Translations under genes and position numbers: made by a program
Shown here: piece by piece, positions 9,343 through 20,029 of the stretch
Position numbering within the stretch: position 1 is the first letter of the stretch
How the letters are laid out: each line of letters starts with the position of its first letter
Origin: an uncultured Gemmatimonadales bacterium
Lineage (GTDB): Bacteria; Gemmatimonadota; Gemmatimonadetes; Gemmatimonadales; GWC2-71-9
Direction: 5' to 3'
DNA: 64,000 bases
Assembly (NCBI GenBank): GCA_963821525.1
Contig: CAWGED010000012.1
Coordinates: 96,001-160,000 of the forward strand
Notes under the pieces: generated by a model
What the model saw: only the letters and a program-made list of their open reading frames with translations
What the model was told of the DNA's origin: nothing
Database searches by the model: none

Positions 9343-11232
9343 ATGACCAACCCTACCGCCACTACTTGCCCGAAGTGCCACGGCGCCATCGAGCCGGGCG
9401 AGCGTTTCTGCCGCAATTGCGGCACCTCGCTTTCGGGAGAGCAGCGTGCCCGTACCACGGAGCTCGACCTGTTGCAGCAGGCGACACTCGGGGACTACGA
9501 GATCATCCGGCTCCTCGGCCAGGGGGGAATGGCCACTGTCTATCTCGCGCAGGACCTGACGCTGGACCGCAAAGTTGCGATCAAGGTCATCTCGCCGGAC
9601 GTGGCGCGCGGGGCTGAGATGATCGCCCGGTTCCGGCGCGAGGCGAAGACCGCCGCGGCGCTGACCCATCCTCATATCATCCCGATCTATGCGGTGAAGG
9701 AGACGCAGGATCTCATCTTCTTCGTGATGAAGTACGTGCGGGGACGCTCCCTCGACGCCATTCTGCGCGAAGTGGGGCCGCTCCCCTTCCCCATGGTGCG
9801 CACCATCCTTACCGATATCGGCTCCGCCCTGGACTTCGCCCACCGACAAGGGGTCGTCCATCGTGACGTGAAGCCGGGCAACATCCTGGTCGAGGAGGAA
9901 GGCTTCGCGGTCATCACGGACTTCGGAATCGCCAAGGCGGCGGAGAGCGAGTCGCTCACGAGGTCGGGGACCACCGTGGGCACGCCGAGCTATCTGAGCC
10001 CTGAAGCTTGCGCCGGCGACCGAGTCGGCCCGGCGGCGGATCAGTACTCGCTGGGCATCGTGGGCTATGAGATGATCACGGGCCAACTCCCCTTCACCGC
10101 GGAGTCGAGCCTGGGGATGATGTATGCTCAAGTCCATACTCCGCCCCGGCCCAGCACCGACCTGCGCAGCGATTGCCCGCGCGATCTGCACGACACGATC
10201 ATGCGCATGCTTGAGAAATCCGCAGAGGACCGGTTCGCGAATCTCAAGGATGCGACGCTCGAGCTCTCGTTGGGCCAGCCTCCGGCCGACGAGCACGTGC
10301 GAAGCCACATCGGATTACTGGCGGTGCCTCGTGCCGGTCGGTCCGCAGCCGAAATCCGTCGGACTCCGAGCAGCCCGCTGTTCGTCGGGGCGGTCAAGCC
10401 GACTGCGCCCATCTCCTCGATCCGGCGGCGAAAGCGGGCCCAACGCCTCCGAATCCTGGCGGGCGCTGTCGGCGTCTTGGCAGTAGCAGCAGCCGTGTTG
10501 GGGATTCGAACCGCGCTCCGGAAGCCGGTGCCCGTGGTGGACAGCGTAACCATTGCACCGGATCCAGCCGATACGCTCTATCTTTCAGCACGAGGCGCCG
10601 CGAGCTACGCCCGCCAGCGAGCCATCGCGGCCGGGGTGAGCGCTGCGGCCCTGCGCCCGGGCGACTCCCTGCAAGCCCAGGCCGAGTCGCTAGCCAGCCA
10701 GGGACAACGCGCCGGAGCCGCCGTCCTGCTGACCTCGGCGGCCTCACTCTGGCAGGCGGCCGAACAGCGCGCGACGCCGACCGCGACGAAGGTTACGGTG
10801 AACCCGGCCGTTGCAACTCAACACCCGACCGCCGTGGCGCCGAAAGTCGATACCCCGACCACCGGCGCGGATCCGACACCGGCCGAGCCGGAGCCTTCCG
10901 ATTCCATGAAGATCGTTTCCTATTATCGGGAGCTGGAGGGAGCCATTCGAACCCGTCAGGTGAGCGAAGTGAAACGCCTGCTCCCCAATCTCACCGACAG
11001 CGAGGAGAAATACTGGCGTAATCTGTTCAGTGATAAGAATCTGACGGCGATCGACGCGGTCTACACGCTCGAATCGCTGGCCCGGGAGGGAGACCAGGCG
11101 ACGGCGCGTATCCGGCTTGAGCTTACTCTCACAAAGAAGGACAAGTTCGAGCATCGGGAGCGGCGGGAGCGCGCCATACTCACGGCCGGCGCACAAGGAT
11201 GGCGGCAAATCCGCTCGGAGAAATTGCAATAA
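9343..11232 (+). CDS. Ser/Thr protein kinase with N-terminal zinc ribbon, TM helix and extracytoplasmic domain
   Basis: CPKC...FCRNCG; GQGGMA, VAIK, HRDVKPGN, DFG, GTPSYLSPE; TM ILAGAVGVLAVAAAVLGI. Confidence 0.92.
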   Translation: MTNPTATTCPKCHGAIEPGERFCRNCGTSLSGEQRARTTELDLLQQATLGDYEIIRLLGQGGMATVYLAQDLTLDRKVAIKVISPDVARGAEMIARFRREAKTAAALTHPHIIPIYAVKETQDLIFFVMKYVRGRSLDAILREVGPLPFPMVRTILTDIGSALDFAHRQGVVHRDVKPGNILVEEEGFAVITDFGIAKAAESESLTRSGTTVGTPSYLSPEACAGDRVGPAADQYSLGIVGYEMITGQLPFTAESSLGMMYAQVHTPPRPSTDLRSDCPRDLHDTIMRMLEKSAEDRFANLKDATLELSLGQPPADEHVRSHIGLLAVPRAGRSAAEIRRTPSSPLFVGAVKPTAPISSIRRRKRAQRLRILAGAVGVLAVAAAVLGIRTALRKPVPVVDSVTIAPDPADTLYLSARGAASYARQRAIAAGVSAAALRPGDSLQAQAESLASQGQRAGAAVLLTSAASLWQAAEQRATPTATKVTVNPAVATQHPTAVAPKVDTPTTGADPTPAEPEPSDSMKIVSYYRELEGAIRTRQVSEVKRLLPNLTDSEEKYWRNLFSDKNLTAIDAVYTLESLAREGDQATARIRLELTLTKKDKFEHRERRERAILTAGAQGWRQIRSEKLQ

Positions 11233-11278
11233 TCGCCCGAAAACGTTTTTCTTCATTGCAGTAACGAAGGAGGTTGGG

Positions 11279-11872
11279 ATGGGAATCGCCGTACGATTCA
11301 CCTATACCCTTGCTGCAGCGCTCGTTACGCAGTCTGCCTCCGCTCAGGCTCCCGATTCTCAGCCGGCTCCCGCTCCGTCTGCCGCACAGCCCGCCGCCGA
11401 TCCCAACATCACGGCCGCAGTGCAGCAGGTGAAGCAGGCGACGAAGATGCTCGTCTACCCGGCGAATAAGCAGTCGGCGGATCAGCAGGCCATTGATGAG
11501 CGGGAGTGCTACGTCTGGAGCCAGCAGCAGACCGGGATTGATCCGATGGCTGCCGGGCCGAATGCCGACTCAGCGGCAGCGGCCTCGGCCGACAAGATGG
11601 ATTCGGCAACCACGGGTGCCGCGGTTGGCGGCGCGGCTCGGGGTGCCGCAGGCGGCGCGATAATCGGCGGGATCACGGGGGACGCCGGGGAGGGTGCCGC
11701 GGTCGGCGCCGTCGCCGGTGCAGTGTCCGGCCGGCGGGCCAAGAAGAGGGCCGAGAAGCAGGCGGCGCAACAGGGCGCGGCCCAGGCTCAAGGCATCTCA
11801 GCCGAGCGCATGGCAACCTTCAAAAAGGGAATGGCCGCCTGCCTCAACGGGCGCGGTTACACCGTTCAATAG
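11279..11872 (+). CDS. exported glycine-zipper protein (YMGG-like)
   Basis: signal peptide; YPANKQSADQQAIDERECY; GAAVGGAARGAAGGAIIG; CLNGRGYTV; AAGGAGG RBS. Confidence 0.82.
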   Translation: MGIAVRFTYTLAAALVTQSASAQAPDSQPAPAPSAAQPAADPNITAAVQQVKQATKMLVYPANKQSADQQAIDERECYVWSQQQTGIDPMAAGPNADSAAAASADKMDSATTGAAVGGAARGAAGGAIIGGITGDAGEGAAVGAVAGAVSGRRAKKRAEKQAAQQGAAQAQGISAERMATFKKGMAACLNGRGYTVQ

Positions 11873-11989
11873 AGAGTGATGATTTGAACTGTTCAGCAGC
11901 CAGGACGGACTCCGGGGATAGGACGAGACTTGAGCAGTGACGCAGCGTCGCGGGCAAAGCGTGAAGCGATGGAACGGAGCGGAGGCCGG

Positions 11990-13969
11990 ATGAAGGCCTG
12001 CCCTCGCTGCGGCGAGACGATTTCGCCCGGAACCCGCCAGTGCGGGCGGTGTGGCTTCGATCTGGTTTGGGAGCAGGGCTTCCTCAGTACCGCCCGCCTC
12101 AGCCTGGACCAGATTGCCCCGCAGGTCGTGGCCCAGATTGACCTCCTGCGCCGCGCGACCATCGGCGAGTTCGAGATCGTCACCGAGCTCGGGCGGGGCG
12201 GGATGGCCACGGTCTACCTGGCCCACGACGTCCAGCTCGACCGCAAGGTCGCGATCAAGGTCATCTCCCACAGCATCGCGCAGCAGGCAGACGTCGCGGA
12301 GCGGTTCAAGCGGGAGGCACGGACCGCGGGCGCCCTCAGTCATCCCCATATCATTCCGATTCACGCGGTCCGGCAGGAAGAAGACCTCCTCTACTTCGTG
12401 ATGAAGCATGTACCGGGTCGCTCACTCGACTCGGTGCTGGCGGAAATCGTCCCCCTGCCCTTCGCCATCGTCAGCGCGATCCTCACCGAGGTGGGTGCAG
12501 CGCTCGACTTCGCCCACCGCAACGGCGTGATCCACCGGGACGTCAAACCCGGCAACATCATGCTCGACGACGAGGGCTTCAGCGTCATCACCGACTTCGG
12601 CATTGCGAAGGCCGCCGAGGGCGACGGTCTGACCCAGGCCGGCACGGTTGTAGGAACCCCTGCCTACGTAAGCCCGGAAACCTGCGAAGGAAAAACCGCC
12701 ACCGCCGCCGCCGATCAGTACTCGCTCGGCGTCGTCGCCTACCAGATGTTGACCGGCGAGTTGCCGCTTCAGGCCGACTCGTCGATGGCGATGATGTACG
12801 CGCAGATTCACACTCCGCCGGAGTCGCTCTCCAAGAAGCGGCCCGACCTCCCGCGAGATGTGAACACCGCCATCATGCGAATGCTGGCCAAGAATCCGGA
12901 GGATCGCTGGCCCAGCGTGAAGGACGCCGTGGCAGCCATTGCGGCCGTAGCTCCGCCGGTGGACGAGGACGTTCGAGCCCGCATCATTGCGCTCGCGCGG
13001 AACCGGCCGGACCGCGCGGCGATCGAGTTCAGAACCCCACCCAGTCCGGCGCCGCCGCCGAGACGAACCCCCTCGCAGCCGCCGGAGGGCTTCGTTGAAC
13101 GCCGAGTAAGCGGCGCCAATACGCCGCCCCAAATCCAGATCATCCACAAGGCGGCGGCCTGGCCGATTGTCGTCGGCGGAATCCTGGCACTCGTCGCCGG
13201 CGGGTTCTACTGGCAAACCCGAACTCAGGCGACCGCTGCCCAGCAGCAGGACAGCCTCGCGGCGAATACGACGACGATGGGAGACAGCCTCTGGCTCGAG
13301 GCCCGAGGCAAAGCCGATCTCGCCCGTCAGAATGCGCTCTCGGCAGGGGTGAAGCCGGCAGCCCTGACCTCGGGGGACTCGCTCCGAGCCTTGGCGGAGT
13401 CTCTCGCCGGGACGGGACAGAAGGCGGAAGGCGCCGTGCTCCTCACCCAGGCGGTAACCGCCTGGCAATCGGTGGAAGCAACGGCGCGCCGCCCAGCACC
13501 AACTCCTCCGCGCTCCGTCATCGACTCGCCGGCTGCGACGACCACGGCGCTGGTGCCTCCGGAATCCCTGCCCCATCGGCCGGTCGTCACCGTGCCGCGC
13601 GTGGTAACCGACTCGCAGGGCGCCGCGGTGCTTCCCGATTCTCGGCAGGTGGGCGTCTTCTATGATCGGCTCGCCGGTTTCATCGCCGCCCGCCAGCTGG
13701 GCGAGATGCAACGGCTTCGGGCCAACATGACGTCCTCCGAGGAGCAACGCTGGCTCGACCTCTTCCAGGATGAAAAGGTCGAGGGCGTCCACGTGGTATT
13801 CACCGTCCTCGGCGTGAGCGCACAAGCGGGGAGGATCTACGCCCGGGTGCGATACAACCTCGCGGTGACCAAGGGCGGCAAGGTAGAAACGAAGAAGAGC
13901 ACACTGCGCGTCGAGTTGACCCGCGGTCCGGACGGACTGCGTGAAGTGAAGTGGGAGGAAGCTCATTAA
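11990..13969 (+). CDS. Ser/Thr protein kinase with zinc ribbon; paralog of 9343-11232
   Basis: CPRC...CGRCG; GRGGMA, HRDVKPGN, DFG, GTPAYVSPE; TM helix; GGAGG RBS. Confidence 0.92.
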   Translation: MKACPRCGETISPGTRQCGRCGFDLVWEQGFLSTARLSLDQIAPQVVAQIDLLRRATIGEFEIVTELGRGGMATVYLAHDVQLDRKVAIKVISHSIAQQADVAERFKREARTAGALSHPHIIPIHAVRQEEDLLYFVMKHVPGRSLDSVLAEIVPLPFAIVSAILTEVGAALDFAHRNGVIHRDVKPGNIMLDDEGFSVITDFGIAKAAEGDGLTQAGTVVGTPAYVSPETCEGKTATAAADQYSLGVVAYQMLTGELPLQADSSMAMMYAQIHTPPESLSKKRPDLPRDVNTAIMRMLAKNPEDRWPSVKDAVAAIAAVAPPVDEDVRARIIALARNRPDRAAIEFRTPPSPAPPPRRTPSQPPEGFVERRVSGANTPPQIQIIHKAAAWPIVVGGILALVAGGFYWQTRTQATAAQQQDSLAANTTTMGDSLWLEARGKADLARQNALSAGVKPAALTSGDSLRALAESLAGTGQKAEGAVLLTQAVTAWQSVEATARRPAPTPPRSVIDSPAATTTALVPPESLPHRPVVTVPRVVTDSQGAAVLPDSRQVGVFYDRLAGFIAARQLGEMQRLRANMTSSEEQRWLDLFQDEKVEGVHVVFTVLGVSAQAGRIYARVRYNLAVTKGGKVETKKSTLRVELTRGPDGLREVKWEEAH

Positions 13970-14005
13970 GTAGGATTCAGGTGCAGGTGAAGGGATTCGA
14001 GAGCT

Positions 14006-14362
14006 ATGCGATATCTCCGTCTTGCTCCACTCATCCTCCTCACAGCGGCGCAGGGGCAGAACTGCGTAGCGACCCTGGGGCCGGCAGGACTCTGCGCCAC
14101 GCTTACCCTTCAGCCCTCGCAGCAGCAGATGCAGGTGGGACAGAATCTGATCGTCCGAATCAACGGCAACCTCAGCTGTGGCCAACCCGTGGGTCAGGTA
14201 ACCGCGTTACAGTGGCGCTCCACCTCCCCCAAGATTGCAACCGTCGATTCGACGGGGGTGGTCCACGCCGTGAATCCGGGTCAGGCTACCATCGAAGTGT
14301 CCGCTGTGCCGCCTTCGCAAAGCATCTCCGTCAAGGCAATGCAGGTCACCGTAGTTCCCTGA
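14006..14362 (+). CDS. exported Ig-like (Big_2) domain protein
   Basis: signal peptide; [29 protein letters not shown]. Confidence 0.8.
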   Translation: MRYLRLAPLILLTAAQGQNCVATLGPAGLCATLTLQPSQQQMQVGQNLIVRINGNLSCGQPVGQVTALQWRSTSPKIATVDSTGVVHAVNPGQATIEVSAVPPSQSISVKAMQVTVVP

Positions 14363-14399
14363 TTCTCTCGCTCGCGCCACCTCCCTCCCTGCGGTCCTG

Positions 14400-14837
14400 A
14401 TGCCCGGCATACCTCCTTTCCATCTCGCTTTTCCTGTCAACGACCTGGAGCAGGCACGCGCTTTCTACGGCGGACTACTGGGGTGTGCCGAAGGACGCAG
14501 CTCAGATCGCTGGGTGGATTTCGATTTTTACGGTCACCAGGTCGTGGCTCACCTCTCGCCCGCCGAAGTGGGTCGGAGTCAAACCAGTCCAGTCGATGGC
14601 CATGACGTGCCGGTGCGTCACTTCGGGGTGATCCTCGAATGGGAGGAATGGCACCGGCTGGCGGAGCGGCTCCGTGGAAAGGGCGTGGGGTTCATCATCG
14701 AACCGGGAATCCGATTCCAGGGCCAGGTAGGGGAGCAGGCAACCATGTTTTTTCTGGATCCGTCAGGCAACGCGTTGGAGTTCAAGAGCTTCAAGGATCC
14801 GAGCCAGGTGTTCGCGGTGAGCACTCTGACACCGTAG
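14400..14837 (+). CDS. VOC/glyoxalase family protein
   Basis: [37 protein letters not shown]. Confidence 0.9.
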   Translation: MPGIPPFHLAFPVNDLEQARAFYGGLLGCAEGRSSDRWVDFDFYGHQVVAHLSPAEVGRSQTSPVDGHDVPVRHFGVILEWEEWHRLAERLRGKGVGFIIEPGIRFQGQVGEQATMFFLDPSGNALEFKSFKDPSQVFAVSTLTP

Positions 14838-14953
14838 ACCCGCACTTGAACCTGAAGTTGGACACCGAAACCCCGGGCGAGTCCATCGCCCGGGTTTTGG
14901 GACTTAGGAGACCAGCCCGGATGAACCTGCTGGTTGGAGGTATAGATGATTAG

Positions 14954-15529
14954 ATGCTTTGTGCTTCCGTCAGTTTCATTGCACTCCTTTTCTCCACCGC
15001 CTGCGACAAGCCAGGAACGTCTCGCGCCTCTCATGATTCGACTGCCGGCGCGCCGGTGAATACGCCGGATCCACCGCGGCGAGCGCACCCGAGACGACAG
15101 CGGTGAGTGTACCAGGTACGCCAAACCAGCACCCCCGACCCAACCGGCGAACCCGCCAGCGCACCGGAGACCACGACGGCCGAGGCGCCGCTTCGCGATC
15201 CCTACCACACGGCGCCGCTCGATACCGTGGACGCCAAGACCTACCAGGGGTGGAAGTACTACAGCCTCAATTGCGCCCGCTGCCACGGAGAGGACGTGCT
15301 GGGAACATCGATCGCGCCCCATCTCATTCTCTCGCTCAAGCCGGACGGACCCATACCCAACGAGGCGGTGTTCCTCCAGACCGTGTGCGGAGGGCGGCCC
15401 GACAAGGGCATGCCGGCCTGGTGCACTCTCGGCATGAGCACGGCACAGATCGACACCATATACGCCTACGTGAAGGCGCGAAGCGACGCCAAGATGCACC
15501 CCGGCAGGCCGGCCCGTCGAGGCGGCTGA
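14954..15529 (+). CDS. c-type cytochrome, probable lipoprotein; N-terminus frameshifted near 15070-15110
   Basis: CARCH heme motif and GMPAW axial Met; lipobox-like FSTAC in an upstream frame from ATG 14954. Confidence 0.75.
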
Positions 15530-15537
15530 TTCGGTCC

Positions 15538-15927
15538 ATGCCTCGCAAGCCCGCTCGTTCACGATCCTCGGTCAGTCCGCTCCAGGCGGCATTCGAACCG
15601 GTCCGCCGGGCGGCAACCGGATTGCCTGAAGTCGAGGAGAGCACCTCCTATGGAACACCGGCGCTCAAGGTCCGCGGCAAATTCCTGACGCGACTGAAGG
15701 AAGACGGAGAGACCATCGTGTTGCGGGTGGATTTCGACAGCCGGGACGCGATGATGCGAGTGCAGCCGGATGTTTTTTACATCACCGATCACTATCGCGA
15801 CTATCCCGCGGTCCTGGTCCGGCTCAAGGCGGTCAGCCGGGCCCAGCTCCGCGAGTTACTGGCCGATGCCTGGCGCCTCGTGGCACCCCGGAGCCTCGTC
15901 GCGAAGAAGAGAGCAGCAGCGGATTGA
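15538..15927 (+). CDS. MmcQ/YjbR family protein
   Basis: LPEVEESTSYGTPALKVRGK, FYITDHYRDYPAVLVRL, AWRLVAP. Confidence 0.85.
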   Translation: MPRKPARSRSSVSPLQAAFEPVRRAATGLPEVEESTSYGTPALKVRGKFLTRLKEDGETIVLRVDFDSRDAMMRVQPDVFYITDHYRDYPAVLVRLKAVSRAQLRELLADAWRLVAPRSLVAKKRAAAD

Positions 15928-16008
15928 CTTCGGTCCATAACGGCGTAATAGCTATTGGTGCAGGCAGTGATTTCGTAGCAGAGGCCAGACTCGACCTGGA
16001 AGGAAACC

Positions 16009-16488
16009 GTGCCGAAAAACACTACCCCATCAGGCGGCAATTCCCCGGCGATTAGCCGGGAGCAGCTCATCAAGAATCTGAATGAAGACCTGGCCAGGGA
16101 ATATCAGGCCATCATCGCATATGTGGTGTATTCTCAGGCCCTCAAAGGCGCCGCCTACCAGAACATCGCCAAGGAGCTCGAAGTACACGCGACGGAGGAG
16201 CTGGCCCACGCGCTGATCATCTCCAAGCAGATCGATTACCTCGGCGGCGACCAGGTGGTCACGCCGAAACCGGTCAAGACCTCACAGAAAGCGGTGGAGA
16301 TGCTTCGGTTCGATCTGGAAAACGAGACCGAGACCATCCGGCAGTACCGCGAGCGGGTGCGCCAGTGCGAAGCGCTGGGCGAATTCGCCATGGCGGAACA
16401 CATCCGGGAAATCCTGATCCAGGAGCAGGAGCATCAAATCGACCTGGCCACCGCCCTGGGGGAGGACCCACCCGACAACAGCGGGTGA
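16009..16488 (+). CDS. ferritin-like / bacterioferritin protein
   Basis: LNEDLAREYQAI, EELAHA, ENETIRQY-like segment, EQEHQ di-iron ligands; GTG start with AAGGA. Confidence 0.88.
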   Translation: MPKNTTPSGGNSPAISREQLIKNLNEDLAREYQAIIAYVVYSQALKGAAYQNIAKELEVHATEELAHALIISKQIDYLGGDQVVTPKPVKTSQKAVEMLRFDLENETETIRQYRERVRQCEALGEFAMAEHIREILIQEQEHQIDLATALGEDPPDNSG

Positions 16489-16579
16489 AGCCGGTTATCT
16501 TTAGAGCATCCCGGCCCGTCTGCTGGCATTCATGCTGACGCCATCTTCGGCTCGGTCCACTCTCAAGCCGGAGGTCCGG

Positions 16580-16898
16580 TTGTCCACGTTCAAGCCCCAG
16601 CAGCGGCGCCTTACCATAAAGGGCCGCGCCTTTCACTTTGTGTCCTATGAGGGAAGAGCGGCGAACGAACGCCGCGGTGAGAAGGCCGAGCCCTCCATGT
16701 GGTACCTGATGCTGGAGGGGCGGCGTTGTCCCACGGTCCCATGCCAACCCGATCAGCCCGAAACCGAGATAGACCAGGCTCTTCTCCGATGGGTGGAGGA
16801 ACAGGGCCTGAATGTCCTTCCGGCCGTGCGGCCCACCAAGGCCCCCAGCTGCCCGCGCCACGACCGATCGCAAGAGGGACTGGTGGGGAGCAAGCTGA
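16580..16898 (+). CDS. small hypothetical protein; reads in frame into the S9 peptidase as assembled, true end uncertain
   Basis: GGAGG plus TTG at 16580; globular-looking sequence AFHFVSYEG...MWYLM...LLRWVEE. Confidence 0.5.
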
Positions 16899-18878
16899 GT
16901 CAATTCAGGACCCTGGCGGCGCTGGCGGCTCTGACCCTCGCGTCAACCGTCTCGCCGCTCTCAGCTCAGGACGCCTCCCCAGTAATAGCCCCCGCAGACA
17001 ACCTCGTGATCGATGGCGTTCCCCCGCTGCCGGCCACTCTCTCCGGCGACGTGCGGCGCTATACCGAGTCGCGGAGCGCCTTCCTCTCTGACTGGCACCC
17101 TACCCGCCGGGAAATCCTCATCGCCACCCGCTTCGGCAACACGGTTCAGCTTCACGCGGTGAAGATGCCGGGAGGAGACCGGACGCAGCTGACGTTCTTC
17201 GAGGAGCCAGTGGCGGGAGGCATCTACGAACCGCGCACCGGGAAATACATCGTGTTCGGTCGAGATGTGGGAGGAAACGAGTTCAACCAGCTGTTCCGGC
17301 TGGATCTCGCGGATGGGACGATCACCCTGCTGACCGACGGCGGCCGCTCCCAGAACGGCGGTGTGGTGTGGAGCAACAAGGGTGACAGGATCGCCTACGG
17401 ATCGACCCGGCGAAATGGGGCCGACCGTGACCTCTATGTCATGGATCCCGCCAATCCCGCCTCGGACCGCATGATGCTCCAGGTCAGCGGAGGTGGATGG
17501 GGGGTCGCGGACTGGTCTCCAGACGACACGAAGTTGCTGGCCACCGAGGCGATCTCGATCAATCAGACCAACCTCTGGCTGGTTGATGCCGGTTCAGGCG
17601 AGCGTACGCTCCTCGCACCCGAGCCGGGAGATACGGTAGCGTACGGCACCGTGCGGTTCAGCCGGGACGGGAAAGGCGTTTACCTGACCTCCGACCAGGG
17701 GAATGAGTTCCTCCGGCTGGGCTACCTCGATCTCGCCACCAGGAAGGTGACGTGGCTCAGCGGCGATATTCCGTGGGACGTGGAAGGCTTCGCGCTCTCC
17801 CGCGACGGGAGTCGAGTCGCGTTCACCACGAACGAGGCCGGCATTTCGAGACTGCACCTTCTCGATACGAAGACCGGCCGGCACCACCCGGTTCAGGGTG
17901 TTCCGGTGGGCACGATCGGTTCGCTGCGATGGCACAGCAATAACCGGGATCTTGGCTTCACGGCAGGCAATGCGAGAGCCCCTGGAGATGTCTATTCGCT
18001 GGATGCGGGTACCGGCAAGGTGACTCGCTGGACCGAGAGCGAGCTTGGAGGCCTGGTCGCCGCCAATCTGGCCGAGCCAAGTCTGATCAAATGGAACAGT
18101 TTCGACGGGCTGGAGATCACCGGGTTCTATTATCGCCCCCCTGCTCGCTTTACCGGCAAGCGACCCGTCATCATCAACATCCATGGCGGACCGGAAGGGC
18201 AATCCCGCCCCGGCTTCCTGGGACGCACGAACTATTTCCTGAACGAGCAGGGCGTCGCGGTGATCTACCCCAACGTCCGCGGCTCGACCGGGTACGGGAA
18301 GACGTTCGTGAAGCTGGACAACGGCCTCAAGCGCATGGATTCGGTGAAGGATATCGGCGCCCTGTTTGACTGGATCGCGAAGCAGCCCGAGCTGGATGCG
18401 GGCCGGGTGATGGTGACGGGAGGCAGTTACGGCGGCTTCATGACCCTGGCCGTGGCCACGACCTACAACGATCGTATCGCCTGTTCACTCGACGTGGTGG
18501 GGATTTCCAACCTCGCCACTTTCCTCAAGAACACCGAGAGCTACCGGCGGGACCTGCGTCGAGTCGAGTACGGGGATGAGCGGGACTCGACCATGGCGGC
18601 ATTCTTCGAGGCCACCGCACCGCTCAACAACGCCCGCAACATCACCAAGCCGCTCTTCGTGGTGCAGGGCGGCAACGATCCGCGGGTGCCGCACACCGAG
18701 GCCGAGCAGATGGTGGCGAGGGTGAAAGCGAACGGGAGTCCCGGTCTGGTACCTCATGGCCAGCGACGAAGGCCACGGCTTCCGGAAGAAGAACAATGTG
18801 GACTTTCAGTTCTTCGCCACCGTGACCTTCGTGCGCCAATTTCTGCTCGGCGAGACTCCCTCGGGAGCAACGCCCTAG
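16883..18878 (+). CDS. S9 prolyl oligopeptidase family peptidase; apparent +1 frameshift near 18741
   Basis: signal peptide, beta-propeller, IHGGPEGQ, PNVRGSTGYG, GGSYGG nucleophile, NDPRV; DEGHGF in the shifted frame. Confidence 0.9.
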
Positions 18879-19969
18879 AAACTCACCTTCACGATCCGGC
18901 CTCCGGTTCCTACCAGCCATCCCGCCTTGGGACTGGCGAACGCGACGGCCCAGAAGTTCTTCGCCCCCGCCAGCAGGTTCCAGGTATCGCCTTCGTCAGG
19001 AGACCACGCCGCTCCTCCGGGACCGGTGATCACGACGGTTACTCCCAGTCCCTTCACATAGCTCGACCCGAAGATGGATCCGCGGAACGGAGCGTGGGTC
19101 GCGAGGGTCCAGGTCACCCCGCCGTCGCTCGAGCGCGCGACGTTGTCGCTGAAGGCATCTCCCGCGGCCAGCTCGCCGCCACCCAGGAAGCCGTGCAGCG
19201 CGTCACGGAAGGCCACGGTGAGCCCGCCGGAGCTTGGCGTGCCTTGAACAATCGGGGTGTCATATGCGTTCCAGGTATTCCCGCCGTCGGTCGTCGCGAG
19301 AATCCTGGACTTGGCCGCACCGCCGGTCGTGATCCAGGCCCGCTGCTCGCCCTGGGTCGCGACACAGGTGCCGCTCGCGGCGAAGGCGGCCTCGCCCGGC
19401 TGAGCCGGCGGCATGTTGTTGCTGATGAAGTTCCAGGTCTGGCCGTCGAGCGTCCGGATGACCGGGAAGACTCCGTTCACGGCGTCGCTCATCGTGATGG
19501 CGCGCCGCTTTCCCCAGAACGCGAAGCAATCGTAGAAGGCGAGCGGATCCTGATTGACGAACTGCAGGGTCCAGTGCGCGCCGCCGTCGTTGGTGTAGTA
19601 GATCCGTGAGAGTTGGCCCGGTCCGGCCGCCATGAGGTACGCGATCTTGTCACTCTGGGCCTCGACATCACGGAACTGGAGGTCGCCCGCGCCGGGAACA
19701 TGCGCGGCCTTCCAGGTATTCCCTCCATCGGTAGTAATGGTGTAGGTGCCACCGACGCCGCTCGCCCAGGCGACCTGATCGTTCACCGGGCTGATGGCCT
19801 GGAGCCGATTGGTGGTTCCGCTGTTCTGTGGTGTGAGAGTCGGTGTGTCGCTGGCTCGCACCGCGGGCAGCTCCGAAGGAGCGGGCGGCGCCGAGTTGTC
19901 GGAACAGGCGAAGAGGACCGCACCGGCGAGAAGACCGGCGGCGGTGGAGAATGGCGAACGAAGCTGCAT
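18875..19969 (-). CDS. BNR/Ycf48-like beta-propeller lipoprotein
   Basis: lipobox LFAC; repeated TxDGGxTW BNR motifs. Confidence 0.85.
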   Translation of the reverse strand: MQLRSPFSTAAGLLAGAVLFACSDNSAPPAPSELPAVRASDTPTLTPQNSGTTNRLQAISPVNDQVAWASGVGGTYTITTDGGNTWKAAHVPGAGDLQFRDVEAQSDKIAYLMAAGPGQLSRIYYTNDGGAHWTLQFVNQDPLAFYDCFAFWGKRRAITMSDAVNGVFPVIRTLDGQTWNFISNNMPPAQPGEAAFAASGTCVATQGEQRAWITTGGAAKSRILATTDGGNTWNAYDTPIVQGTPSSGGLTVAFRDALHGFLGGGELAAGDAFSDNVARSSDGGVTWTLATHAPFRGSIFGSSYVKGLGVTVVITGPGGAAWSPDEGDTWNLLAGAKNFWAVAFASPKAGWLVGTGGRIVKVSF

Positions 19970-20029
19970 GGTTGCCTCCGGGTGGGGAGAACCCTTGATG
20001 TGGTCAGGATGAGGCTCTGCGCCACAGAG

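Noticed and set aside
12422..14185. Long antisense ORFs here and at 30496-31821, 42745-44313, 52804-54468
   Set aside because: Shadow frames of well-supported genes in high-GC DNA.
18875..18878. Convergent genes sharing stop codons in one CTAG
   Set aside because: A common compact overlap with no further signal.
16532..19609. 1025-aa ORF as a single protein
   Set aside because: The tail after about 18741 is frameshift read-through antisense to the BNR gene; the real C-terminus (DEGHGF) is in another frame ending at 18878.
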